A stretch of 64,000 bases of DNA from an uncultured Pseudomonadota bacterium. GTDB taxonomy: Bacteria; JAMCPX01. The first letter of the stretch is position 1, and each line of letters opens with the position of its first letter. Below the pieces are notes generated by a model, which did not search any database, was not told the origin of the DNA, and was given only the letters and a program-made list of their open reading frames with translations. The stretch lies in contig CAZJPN010000092.1 in NCBI GenBank assembly GCA_964547905.1, positions 3,911-67,910 of the forward strand, given 5' to 3'. Both the position numbers and the translations under genes were made by a program. Positions 47,231 through 57,144 of this stretch are shown piece by piece.

Positions 47231-49321
47231 ATGAAGTCGGAATTACTTATTATACTATGTTTTTCTCTCTTTACGGCACAAAACGTAAGGGCGATTGAGC
47301 TTTCTTCCCTTTTAACACAGAAAGGCATTATAAAGTTCAGTGCAGACAATATTATGTACGACGACAAAACAGGCATCTATGACGCACAGGGACATGTGTA
47401 TATAGAAAAAGGTAATGCTGCTGTGTCTGCACAACACATAATCTTCAATTCAAAAACAGAGGATATCATTGCACAGGGGCATGTACACTGGGCTGTTGGA
47501 AATGAACGGATCGATGCCGATAAACTTGAGATAAACCTATCCAACCAAACAGGTGTTATCCACAACGGTTATATAAATATAGATAACGGCACCTATACGA
47601 TTAAAGGTAAGATTATAAAAAAACTTTCAAATGTGCACTTTATAGTGGAGGAAGGTTCTCTGACAACATGCAAGTGCGATCTGAACAGTCCGGCATGGGA
47701 CATTACTGCAAAACATATCGATGCCACCCTTGGCGGTTATGCAACTCTTAGAGATGCTTTCTTCAAAGTGAAAAACATGCCATTTATATATATACCGGTA
47801 GCAACAATACCGGTGAAAACAAATAGGGCATCGGGTCTTTTAATACCACAGTATACCTATTCAGGATTAAATGGGTTTACCATTAGTATACCCTACTTCT
47901 GGGCAATATCTCAGGATCAGGATGCTACGTTTTATTTTGATGCTATGACTAAAAGAGGTGCCGGTGTAGGAGGACAATACAGGTATGCCTTGAATGAAAA
48001 AGACAGCGGAGAATTTAATGCAAGATATTTCCAAGAATTTGTTTCACCTTACAAGAGAGATAGATTCTTTTTAGGTGCTCATTATTATCAGGACCTTGTA
48101 GGAGGATTTTTCTCTAAGGGACTTTTGAATTATTACAGTGACAGACAATATCTCAACGATTTCGATACGCTTCTGGAACAATCATCCGTAGAATACGTCG
48201 AATCAATGTTTACCCTACAAAAGAATTTTAATGATGCCGACGCTATCGCTTCGTTGATATATCTCGAAGATATGTGGGCACCCAATAACAATGCAACGCT
48301 TCAGCAACTGCCATTCGGATCTTTCAGCTATTTCCCGGTACGTATCTCTTCCGCGCTGCCATTATATGCCGAATTCAATACCACTATTGAAAACTTTATA
48401 CGAAGCGACCCTTCGCTTCCCAGAGGTGAGAGGTACGGTATAATCCCTGGTGTTTATTTACCATTTACTATAGGTCACTACCTTTATTTTAATTCAGAGG
48501 CTCAGTATAGAGCATATTTCTATAATGCCGGAGTATACGGCGTTTATAAACCAGGCAATCTATTATCGTACCACCTGTCTGCAGAGATATCGACAAAACT
48601 GTCAAGAGTCCTGCCAATAAAGATAGGCTCACTAAAAGCCGTTAAACATATAGCATCCCCTTTTGTAAGTATAACATCGGATCATACATTGATAAGCAAT
48701 GAGCTTTATGGTTTCGATGAGGTAGAGAACTCTCCGCTTGAAACGAGAGTCGTGAATTTCGGCATCCGCAATAGTTTTATAGGAAAGACAAAACCTTATG
48801 AAAACATGGTATCATATCCTGTTATAGGGAGATTCGACATATATTCCGGTTATAATCTGATAAATACGGCAAAAACATTGACAGGTACGACTCAACATAT
48901 AAAACCATTTCTTCCTGTGAATCTTGCTCTTGTACTTCAACCGCAGAGTTTTCTTAATACAAATATTAACATGGCCATTGATCCCGCAACAATGAGTCTT
49001 ACCGAGACAACCATAATAGAATCAACCAGAGATACAAGGGGTGACAGTCTATCTTTAAGTTACGCATATTTGCGGAGTATGGTCAACAGTATCAATGCGT
49101 ATCTGAGTTTCGCACTGACACCGCACCTTTCATTTTACGGAAGTGCAAACTACTCTTTTTATAACCGCGCTATGATACAAGACGTTTATGGAATAAAGTT
49201 CGGTACAAACGCCAACTGTTGGAGTATCGATGCATCATACATACAGAGGCCGTTAACGCCAGCCCTCAACACCGTAACCTTTTCCATTACCCTTACAGGA
49301 CTTGGAACTATAGGGAATTAA
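47231..49321 (+). CDS. lptD: LPS-assembly outer-membrane protein LptD
   Basis: OstA-like N-terminus, LTTCKC..PAW, SGLLIP and IPYFWAI...QDAT motifs, CW near the C-terminus; likely start ATG 47231. Confidence 0.88.
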   Translation: MKSELLIILCFSLFTAQNVRAIELSSLLTQKGIIKFSADNIMYDDKTGIYDAQGHVYIEKGNAAVSAQHIIFNSKTEDIIAQGHVHWAVGNERIDADKLEINLSNQTGVIHNGYINIDNGTYTIKGKIIKKLSNVHFIVEEGSLTTCKCDLNSPAWDITAKHIDATLGGYATLRDAFFKVKNMPFIYIPVATIPVKTNRASGLLIPQYTYSGLNGFTISIPYFWAISQDQDATFYFDAMTKRGAGVGGQYRYALNEKDSGEFNARYFQEFVSPYKRDRFFLGAHYYQDLVGGFFSKGLLNYYSDRQYLNDFDTLLEQSSVEYVESMFTLQKNFNDADAIASLIYLEDMWAPNNNATLQQLPFGSFSYFPVRISSALPLYAEFNTTIENFIRSDPSLPRGERYGIIPGVYLPFTIGHYLYFNSEAQYRAYFYNAGVYGVYKPGNLLSYHLSAEISTKLSRVLPIKIGSLKAVKHIASPFVSITSDHTLISNELYGFDEVENSPLETRVVNFGIRNSFIGKTKPYENMVSYPVIGRFDIYSGYNLINTAKTLTGTTQHIKPFLPVNLALVLQPQSFLNTNINMAIDPATMSLTETTIIESTRDTRGDSLSLSYAYLRSMVNSINAYLSFALTPHLSFYGSANYSFYNRAMIQDVYGIKFGTNANCWSIDASYIQRPLTPALNTVTFSITLTGLGTIGN

Positions 49322-49322
49322 C

Positions 49323-50510
49323 ATGATAAAAAGATTAATAAATGCATGGAATACATTGTGGAAATATTTTTTTTATATCGGGTTTTCTTATGGACCCATG
49401 GTTTATACGCTTGCAAGAACCGAGTTTGTCGAAAAGCTGAAGTTGCTTGAAAATAAAGATATAACAGAAGGTATTGCTGTCGGAGAGGTAATGCCGGGTG
49501 CGGTGTTCGTTGATTTTGTATCATACCTTGGATTCTTGATAAAAAAAACAAGGGGTGCGTTCCTTGCCACGATGTTTTTTATAGCACCTTCATTCCTCCT
49601 TATGGTTGTTTTGAGCGTGCTGTACATGAAGTACGGGCAGCTCCCGTTGATCCAGAACATAATGCGTGGGCTTTCGGCTATTATGATAGCACTTATCATA
49701 AAGGTAATGATCGATATATACAAAACAGGTGTTAAAAACCCTCTGTATCTTGTTGTATCTGCACTGGCATTGTTACTCCTGCTGATCAATGTAAACATTG
49801 TACTGATCCTGATCATCGGCATAAGTATAATGATTTCTTATGGTATTTATAAGAAGGAACTGGAATTTAAGTATGTACATGTTAAATGGCCTTCTTCGAC
49901 AGATATATACTCTTTCATAAAAAATAATATATGGGTAGTATGGCTTGGATTTCTGCTTATAGCAGGAAACACTATTCTATATCATATCTCACCGAACATA
50001 GCGCTTATGAACGGTAATCTGTTTAAAATAGGCTTGTTAACATTTGGGAATGGATACACCATGCTTCCGTTTATTTCCAAAGAAGTGGTCAGTAATTATC
50101 ACTGGCTTACACCAAAAGAGTTTTCTGACGGTATTGTAATGGGACAGATAACACCCGGCCCTGTTGTCATTACAGCCACATTCATAGGATATAAAGTAGG
50201 CGGTTTTTTTGGAGCGCTAACAGCTACTGCATCCATATTCATGCCGTCGACCATACTTGTGGCACTTGTTGCCAAACCTTTTATAAAATATCAAGACAAT
50301 AAATGGGCGCTGTCGGCATTGAAGGGTATATTGACATCCTTTATAGGCCTGCTTGCCCTTGTCGTGGCACAGCTGGCAAAGACAAATATAACGGATTACA
50401 AGACAGCCCTTTTCGCTCTTACTTCACTGGTACTTTTTGTTTATACGAAAATAAATCCGGTCATTCTGCTCATCGCTGGTATTATTGTGTCGTTATTCAT
50501 CTTCAAATAA
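49323..50510 (+). CDS. chrA: Chromate-ion transporter (CHR), long-chain
   Basis: Two CHR domains (GEVMPG; FGNGY...GQITPGPV.ITATFIGY). Confidence 0.88.
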   Translation: MIKRLINAWNTLWKYFFYIGFSYGPMVYTLARTEFVEKLKLLENKDITEGIAVGEVMPGAVFVDFVSYLGFLIKKTRGAFLATMFFIAPSFLLMVVLSVLYMKYGQLPLIQNIMRGLSAIMIALIIKVMIDIYKTGVKNPLYLVVSALALLLLLINVNIVLILIIGISIMISYGIYKKELEFKYVHVKWPSSTDIYSFIKNNIWVVWLGFLLIAGNTILYHISPNIALMNGNLFKIGLLTFGNGYTMLPFISKEVVSNYHWLTPKEFSDGIVMGQITPGPVVITATFIGYKVGGFFGALTATASIFMPSTILVALVAKPFIKYQDNKWALSALKGILTSFIGLLALVVAQLAKTNITDYKTALFALTSLVLFVYTKINPVILLIAGIIVSLFIFK

Positions 50511-50531
50511 GCTGAAACATGCATGTATATC

Positions 50532-51005
50532 TTATGGCAGAACGACCTTCAGTGTCTGAAGCATATTTTCCTTGTGCGTGCCGCCCCAGTAGATCTTTTT
50601 GCATGAAGGACATTTTGAGAAGGCATCCTGTGTAGACAGTACAAATGAAGGTACGATGTCTTTTACCTCATCTTTGCTAACGGCAATAAGTTCTCTGTTG
50701 CAGACAATACATCTCGTAAAGAACCTGTTCGGATCAGGAACAATGTTATGTTCTTTGAACAGCTCTTTTAACTGTCCTATAGTGTAGTTATCATGCAGGA
50801 CAATAGCATCTATATCTCCATGCGATTCAAACCATGTATCTCTTGTTATGATGATACGGTTTGTCTGTTCCGATATGTTTATTAAATCTTCCCTTTTGTA
50901 TTTGCTGCTGTAAAGTGCGTCGAATCCTGCAACCCTCAGCCACTTTGCAAGCCTGCCGAGCATCCTGTCCACAATAAAGGTTACTGCGTCCGGGGATATA
51001 TCCAT
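50532..51005 (-). CDS. Mut7-C RNase (PIN-like, DUF82) protein
   Basis: FIVDRMLGRLAKWLRVAGFD, IITRD, RCIVCN and CPSCKKIYWGGTH motifs. Confidence 0.92.
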   Translation of the reverse strand: MDISPDAVTFIVDRMLGRLAKWLRVAGFDALYSSKYKREDLINISEQTNRIIITRDTWFESHGDIDAIVLHDNYTIGQLKELFKEHNIVPDPNRFFTRCIVCNRELIAVSKDEVKDIVPSFVLSTQDAFSKCPSCKKIYWGGTHKENMLQTLKVVLP

Positions 51006-51035
51006 ATACCACTCATGTCTCCTTCTCCTGTCTGT

Positions 51036-51051
51036 TTGACAATCATGTCAA
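51036..51051. promoter_or_regulatory. Palindromic operator TTGACA-N4-TGTCAA (copy 2)
   Basis: ttgacaatcatgtcaa lies between the divergent Mut7-C and MMPL genes; 14/16 identical to copy 1. Confidence 0.5.
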
Positions 51052-51096
51052 CTTTGCTTGCATTATAACGTATTATCATCTATATGCAAAAACATT

Positions 51097-53358
51097 ATGA
51101 AAAAATTGGTTGAGATTGCAATAAAATATCCATGGCGTGTCATTATAGTTATTGCCATGCTTACTGCCATAGCAGGCTACTTTGCAATCGGCGTACCTGT
51201 TCAGGATGACATCATGAAAACGCTCCCTGAACATGACCCCCAGGTAACGCTGTTCAACAATATAGGAAAACGTTTTGGCGGTACGGATTATTTCCTTGTC
51301 GTTATGGAGGGAGACAACCTGTTTACCCGTTCAAGCCTTGAAAAACTGAAAACCATTACCGATAAACTCGAATCGCTTCCCGAACTCAACAGGGTCGAGA
51401 GCCTTACCAATGTCGAAGATATCAAGGCAAGCCATGGAGAGCTTGATATCTCGAAATTTATGGAACACATCCCGGACAATCCACAGGCGCTGGAAACGAT
51501 CAAACAGGATGCACTCTCGGACAAACTGTATCTCGGCAACCTCATTTCACCGAATGGGAAGGCACTTGCCGTACTTTGTCAGATCAAAAAGGACATAAAC
51601 AGTGAATCCCTTGTAAACAGGATCGACAAGATCATCCAGCCTTACAAAGGACCCGAGAATATTTACCTGATAGGTGTGCCTGTTGATAACGATATTATCA
51701 GCAAAGCAATACATTCCGATTTAGGAAAACTGCTGCCTCTTGCGATACTGATCAATATCGTCATAATGTATATACTGTTCCGCAATTTTATCAGTGTTGT
51801 CCTGAGGCTTACCCCTGCACTCATTGCCATAGTCCTGACCGTGGGTGCCATGGGTATAACGCACACCCCGTTCACCATGCTTTCCGTCGGTATGCCCACC
51901 CTCCTTATCGCACTCGGCAGCATCTACAGCATCCACATCATGACACGGTACTACCAGCTGCTCGAACATACAAAGAACAATGAAAAAGCATTAAAAGGTA
52001 TGATAAAGGAACTCGGCATACCAATGCTGTTTATAGGATTGATAACCTCGATGGGCTTTTTCGCCAATGTATCTTCCACAATCGTGCAGGTAAAACAGGC
52101 TGGTATATTTGCAGGTATAGGTATATTATTTTCCATGTTTATATCCGTGACCCTGGTACCAGCCCTGCTAACACTCAGGCATAAGGGGAAAGAGGAGCAG
52201 CGTGCAAGCAAAAAGAGCGGGTTCAACAATTTCCTCGAGAACCTCTCTGTATGGGTGCAGAGGCACAACTCCATAATCCTTGCTATAGGCATAGGACTTG
52301 CAGCTCTCGCGATCTATAGGGTAAAGACCATCAACACGGAAACAGACATTACGAAGTTTTTCAAGGCAGATTCGGTTGTACGGAAGACATCCGCAAAAGC
52401 GGTTAAAAACTTCGGCGGTATATTCGTGCTTCAGATTCTTGTACACGGTGACATAAACTCTCCTGCAGTAATGAATACCATGGCCAAACTTGAGGATGAG
52501 GTGGACACCATCAACGGGGTTCATTATCCATTCAGCATAGCCGACCTGATCGAGAAAATGAATGAGGTCATGCATGATAATAATCCCGCCTATCACACGA
52601 TACCTGCGACAAAGAACGCCATAGCCCAGTACCTGCTCCTGTATTCCATGTCGGATCAAAAAATGCTGGATACGCTCATTACGCCTGATTCGAAAGAGGC
52701 TATCATCCAGGCAAGGATCGGGAAATTTGGCTTTCATGAGATAGAGCAGATCATTAATCAGATCAAACAAAAAATACAACCTCTTGAAACAAAGGACATC
52801 CGTTTTACGCTGTCCGGTTCACCCATGCTTATCTTAACCATCAATAAACATCTTATAGAAAACCAAGAGACAAGCCTTTATATATCGATTATAGCTGTTT
52901 TCCTTTTATTATCTGTTGTATTTCGATCCCTGATAGGCGGATTGATTACACTTATTCCGCTCGTGATAAAGGTCAGCTACAACTACGGTATCATGGAGCT
53001 CTTCCATATACCACTGAACGTTGCCACAGGGCTTATTGCGAGCATGACAATAGGTGTTGGAGTTGATTATATCATACACTTCGTCATGGGATTCAGAGAG
53101 CGACTCAAAGAAGGTTCAAGTCATTCCATCGATTCTGCCATGAAAGAGGCCACGGTCATAACGGGCAGATCCATACTGAACAGCGCAATCGTGCTTGTCG
53201 GGGACTTTTCCGTGCTGACGCTTTCAAGCTTCCTTCCGATGATCTACTTTGGAATACTCTCCGCAAGCATGGTCATATACAGTTCTATCGTTTCCATAAC
53301 CCTGTTTCCCGCCCTGCTGCAGATAGTCCACAAGCACCTGAAGTGGCTGAAGAAGTAG
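51097..53358 (+). CDS. MMPL/RND-family transporter
   Basis: Two repeats of one TM helix, a periplasmic domain and five TM helices; GVGVDYIIH motif; likely start ATG 51097. Confidence 0.88.
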   Translation: MKKLVEIAIKYPWRVIIVIAMLTAIAGYFAIGVPVQDDIMKTLPEHDPQVTLFNNIGKRFGGTDYFLVVMEGDNLFTRSSLEKLKTITDKLESLPELNRVESLTNVEDIKASHGELDISKFMEHIPDNPQALETIKQDALSDKLYLGNLISPNGKALAVLCQIKKDINSESLVNRIDKIIQPYKGPENIYLIGVPVDNDIISKAIHSDLGKLLPLAILINIVIMYILFRNFISVVLRLTPALIAIVLTVGAMGITHTPFTMLSVGMPTLLIALGSIYSIHIMTRYYQLLEHTKNNEKALKGMIKELGIPMLFIGLITSMGFFANVSSTIVQVKQAGIFAGIGILFSMFISVTLVPALLTLRHKGKEEQRASKKSGFNNFLENLSVWVQRHNSIILAIGIGLAALAIYRVKTINTETDITKFFKADSVVRKTSAKAVKNFGGIFVLQILVHGDINSPAVMNTMAKLEDEVDTINGVHYPFSIADLIEKMNEVMHDNNPAYHTIPATKNAIAQYLLLYSMSDQKMLDTLITPDSKEAIIQARIGKFGFHEIEQIINQIKQKIQPLETKDIRFTLSGSPMLILTINKHLIENQETSLYISIIAVFLLLSVVFRSLIGGLITLIPLVIKVSYNYGIMELFHIPLNVATGLIASMTIGVGVDYIIHFVMGFRERLKEGSSHSIDSAMKEATVITGRSILNSAIVLVGDFSVLTLSSFLPMIYFGILSASMVIYSSIVSITLFPALLQIVHKHLKWLKK

Positions 53359-53364
53359 CCCTCG

Positions 53365-54564
53365 CTAACCAAACTCTGATACTGCATACTTTGCAAAGGC
53401 CATTGACGAGGTAAAAGCAGGGGAAACAGCATTCAGTACATGCAGCGAATCGCCATCCTTTATGAGAACAAAATCCATCTCAAGTTTTTTCGTGTGCCAG
53501 TTTATAAGCTGCGGTCTTATACCTACTTTATCGGTGTCCTCGATATCGTTGAATACAAGTGATCTGACGAGCTTTTTTGCTTCGTCAAAAACGAATCTTC
53601 TTCTATATTTCTTTATCTCTTCAATTGCAGAATATCTGAAAACAGGATCTGTTATAAGCATCAGTGCATCATGATAAAGGATAGACAATGTTTCGGTTCC
53701 CAAACCATCAAATATCCTGTAATTTTCCCTGCCAAAGGTAGGAATGGCGGTAGGGCCTATATAAATCCTATTGTCAGCAGTATGTGTAAAGTGAACACCA
53801 AGAAATGGGTTTCTTAAATCAGGTACAGGATATATGTTGCCCCTGACGAGAAAATTCCTTTCCTTGATCAACCTTTTATAAGTACCCTTAAATGGAAGGA
53901 TCTTATACTCTTTTACAATGTCAAACCAGTGGGCGATCCTATCCGCATAAGCACCTGCAGCATTAACGAATTGTTTAAAATGCACTAATCCTTTTGATGT
54001 GCGGATAACATGATCATCAACAAGACTTATAAAAGGTGTATGGTAAAACAATCCAACCTTTTTTGAATCAACAAGTTCTTTCGTAAGGGCGTTTAATATC
54101 TCTACAGGCATCATAACCGCGGTTTCAGGAGAGAATAATGCCTTTTCACATGTTACGGCATAAGGCTCTATTTCCGACAGTTCCTTCTCATCTATAATAA
54201 TTGATTTTGCACCGCTTGCGTCCGCCCTTTTTTTTAGTTCTCCAAGGCTTTTGAGCTCTTCATGATTTTTAGTAACAATAACCTTACCTGTTTCTTTCAA
54301 TGTCAGATTTTTCTCATAGCAGAACTGCTTCATAAGACGATTGCCTTCGATACAAAAGCGAGCCTTCATACTATCCGGCGTATAGTATATACCCGCATGG
54401 AGTACGCCGCTGTTGCGTCCGCTTGCATGGCAACCAACGTTATCCTCTTTCTCAATGATAACTATATCTTCCGCACCACGAGCAAGGAACTCGCGTGCAA
54501 TGGTAATACCTGTTATGCCTGCTCCAGCTATAAGAATCTGACATTCAGTATATTCCGTTTGCAT
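53365..54564 (-). CDS. lhgO: L-2-hydroxyglutarate oxidase family FAD-dependent oxidoreductase
   Basis: GAGITG, HASGRNSGVLHAGIYY, YPVPD..PFLGVH, GIRPQ and NAVSPAFTSS motifs. Confidence 0.88.
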   Translation of the reverse strand: MQTEYTECQILIAGAGITGITIAREFLARGAEDIVIIEKEDNVGCHASGRNSGVLHAGIYYTPDSMKARFCIEGNRLMKQFCYEKNLTLKETGKVIVTKNHEELKSLGELKKRADASGAKSIIIDEKELSEIEPYAVTCEKALFSPETAVMMPVEILNALTKELVDSKKVGLFYHTPFISLVDDHVIRTSKGLVHFKQFVNAAGAYADRIAHWFDIVKEYKILPFKGTYKRLIKERNFLVRGNIYPVPDLRNPFLGVHFTHTADNRIYIGPTAIPTFGRENYRIFDGLGTETLSILYHDALMLITDPVFRYSAIEEIKKYRRRFVFDEAKKLVRSLVFNDIEDTDKVGIRPQLINWHTKKLEMDFVLIKDGDSLHVLNAVSPAFTSSMAFAKYAVSEFG

Positions 54565-54589
54565 TTTTCGGGTTAATCCAGGTTGAAAA

Positions 54590-55426
54590 TCAGAACAATA
54601 TAAATGACGACAATGTCTGTCGTGAAATGGGTAGCCTTTTCATCTCATAGGGCGTTAAGAACAAGTTATTGATATACGCATTCTTATGAAACAGCACTGC
54701 ATCCTTAAACTCCCATCTTTGAACAAGAGAATCTCCGTTGTACAGTTCGGCTACCTCTGGCAGCGTCATGGCTGTCTGTGTATAGGTGTCGGCTTCGATA
54801 TGCACAGTCGCATCATTGTTATCGTCGCCATTTTTAATTTTTGCAGTATTGTTTGCGAGTTTAACGTCTGTCAAATAGTCTTTCACAACAGCCAGTACAT
54901 AATTGTTTTCGTATTTTATTCTGTACATTATTGGAACTGTATCTTCGTTATCTATAAATAATTGATCGTTATCATCGCCGATGATATATGCGGCTCTGTT
55001 GTCCGCAAGTCCATAAGCAACCTTTGTTTGATTTAGCCCGATTTCATTGAATATTCTCTGTGGATTATCCGACAAATATAACCCTACCAAAACTGTAAAG
55101 AGGTTGTTTTGCGAAAATATCTGCATGGGTGTGAGCATTCTTACATTATTTACAAGTATTGATTGGCGCAGCCCGTCGTTTATAATACTGACAACAGCCT
55201 TTGGAAATACATAATCCTGTCTGACATGACCATCTGGCTTTATTATAACCCTACAGGGTACAGGGATATTTATATAATCCTTACCAAGGTTAAAAAACGC
55301 ATTTCCGTTGAGCACGAGTACATCTAAGCTCTTCTGTGACTTCATCAGTTCTGCCATCTTATATGCAGGGATGATAAAGTCCGTAAACAACACAACCGCC
55401 AGTAAGACCAATATTATTCTTTTCAT
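54590..55426 (-). CDS. Hypothetical exported or membrane-anchored protein
   Basis: 278-aa ORF with an N-terminal hydrophobic segment; overlaps the galU stop by 4 nt. Confidence 0.7.
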   Translation of the reverse strand: MKRIILVLLAVVLFTDFIIPAYKMAELMKSQKSLDVLVLNGNAFFNLGKDYINIPVPCRVIIKPDGHVRQDYVFPKAVVSIINDGLRQSILVNNVRMLTPMQIFSQNNLFTVLVGLYLSDNPQRIFNEIGLNQTKVAYGLADNRAAYIIGDDNDQLFIDNEDTVPIMYRIKYENNYVLAVVKDYLTDVKLANNTAKIKNGDDNNDATVHIEADTYTQTAMTLPEVAELYNGDSLVQRWEFKDAVLFHKNAYINNLFLTPYEMKRLPISRQTLSSFILF

Positions 55427-56292
55427 TTGATATACCCTTTCATGTAGTCAAGCAATCTGTCTTTTATTTCTTCCCTTTTCATTGCATAAGCAATATTTGC
55501 GAGTAAAAATCCGAGCTTGTCTCCACCGTCGTACCTGTCTCCTTCAAACTGGTATCCTATCATGCCTTTTTGTTTTAACAGTTCTCTCAACCCGTCTGTA
55601 AGCTGAAGCTCCCCCCCTGTACCGGAAGGTATGCTTTCCAATATGCCGAAGATCTCGGGTGTGAGTATATATCTGCCTATGATTGCAAGATTGGATGGGG
55701 CTTTATCAGGCGCTGGTTTTTCGACAACATCGTCAAGCATATAAATTCTTTTATCCGTTTGTCTTCCCTTTATTATGCCGTATCTGGACGTGTCTTCTCT
55801 TGAAACCTCCTGCACCGCTATGATAGGTTTTTTATACTTTTCATAAACATCTACCATCTGTAAAAGGCACGGCTTTTGAGCATCTAGGATATCATCACCG
55901 AGTATGACTGCGAATGGCTCATCGCCTATAAGGTATTTAGCCTGTAAAACGGCATGACCGAGCCCAAGCGGTTTTTTTTGCCTTATAGATACAATCTTTA
56001 TCATGTCCGACAAACCTTCGATAAGGCCAAGCAGGCCCAGGCCGTTGCTGCCCTTTTTTCTCAGCGCATCTTCAAGTTCGTAGTTGATATCGAAGTGGTC
56101 TTCTATTGCCTCTTTACCATGGTTTACAATGAGGATAACAAGCTCTATGCCTGATGCCTTTGCCTCTTCCACGATATACTGAATCATGGGTTTGTCCACT
56201 ATCGGCAAAAGTTCTTTTGGTACTGCCTTTGTTACAGGCAAAAATCTTGTACCATATCCTGCTGCAGGTATCACTGCTTTTTTGATCTTCAT
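55423..56292 (-). CDS. galU: UTP--glucose-1-phosphate uridylyltransferase
   Basis: KAVIPAAGYGTRFLP.TKA.PKE, LGLGHAV, VEKP and GELQLTD motifs. Confidence 0.96.
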   Translation of the reverse strand: MKIKKAVIPAAGYGTRFLPVTKAVPKELLPIVDKPMIQYIVEEAKASGIELVILIVNHGKEAIEDHFDINYELEDALRKKGSNGLGLLGLIEGLSDMIKIVSIRQKKPLGLGHAVLQAKYLIGDEPFAVILGDDILDAQKPCLLQMVDVYEKYKKPIIAVQEVSREDTSRYGIIKGRQTDKRIYMLDDVVEKPAPDKAPSNLAIIGRYILTPEIFGILESIPSGTGGELQLTDGLRELLKQKGMIGYQFEGDRYDGGDKLGFLLANIAYAMKREEIKDRLLDYMKGYIK

Positions 56293-57077
56293 TGAATGTT
56301 TCCATCCTTTATTAAATGTTCAAGTCCATCTTCTATTAAAAGTTTATCCAACAGGTAATCTGTTTTTACATGTTTTAATGATGCAAATATCGAATCCTTT
56401 ATATGGGGATGCCCCTTTTCAAGCTCTGATATTATTTTCCTTATTTTTTGTCTGTTTGTCAACCGAGGCATCATTGAAACAGGACACTGTGGATCAATCA
56501 AAGGCGCTTCAAGACCCGAGGCATAGGCAAGTGCTGCCTGAGCTTTGACATATATCAAGGGCCTTATAACCATAACCTTATAATTATCAGAAATGCTTAT
56601 TGCAGGCATTGCTTTTATTTGCCCGTTAAAAAAGATGTTCATCAATAGTGTCTCTATAAGATCGTCCATGTTGTGTCCAAGAGCGATCTTATTGCATCCA
56701 ATTTTTGGTGTGAGGCTGTACAGCAGGCCTCTCCTCAGTCTCGAGCATAGAGAGCACAATAGCTTTTTGCCTTTGTTATGTTCGAGCGCAATCCTTAATA
56801 TATGTGTGTGTTCTATCCTGTAATCGTAGCCATGTTGTTTAAGGTATGATTCGACAAGATCGCTTTTCATTCCCGGTGCACCGGTATCTATATGGACTGC
56901 AACGATACCGTATTTGATCGGTGCTTTGTGCCGTAGAATCTCGAGTGTATCCAACAATGTATAACTGTCCTTTCCCCCTGATACTGCAACAAGAATACGG
57001 TCGCCGTTTTTTATAAGATTGAAGTCCCCTATGGCTTTTCCAGCCAGCTTTACAACATTGTTCTTATCGTCTGTCAT
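56289..57077 (-). CDS. ttcA: TtcA-family tRNA thiolase (PP-loop)
   Basis: SGGKDS, CSLCSRLRRG, LGHNMDD and IRPL motifs; likely start ATG 57077. Confidence 0.85.
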   Translation of the reverse strand: MTDDKNNVVKLAGKAIGDFNLIKNGDRILVAVSGGKDSYTLLDTLEILRHKAPIKYGIVAVHIDTGAPGMKSDLVESYLKQHGYDYRIEHTHILRIALEHNKGKKLLCSLCSRLRRGLLYSLTPKIGCNKIALGHNMDDLIETLLMNIFFNGQIKAMPAISISDNYKVMVIRPLIYVKAQAALAYASGLEAPLIDPQCPVSMMPRLTNRQKIRKIISELEKGHPHIKDSIFASLKHVKTDYLLDKLLIEDGLEHLIKDGNIQ

Positions 57078-57144
57078 AATTATGGATATACTATCATCTA
57101 ACCTTGAAAAGTAAACCCCGTTAGAAAGGGCGTGGCTATTGCTA

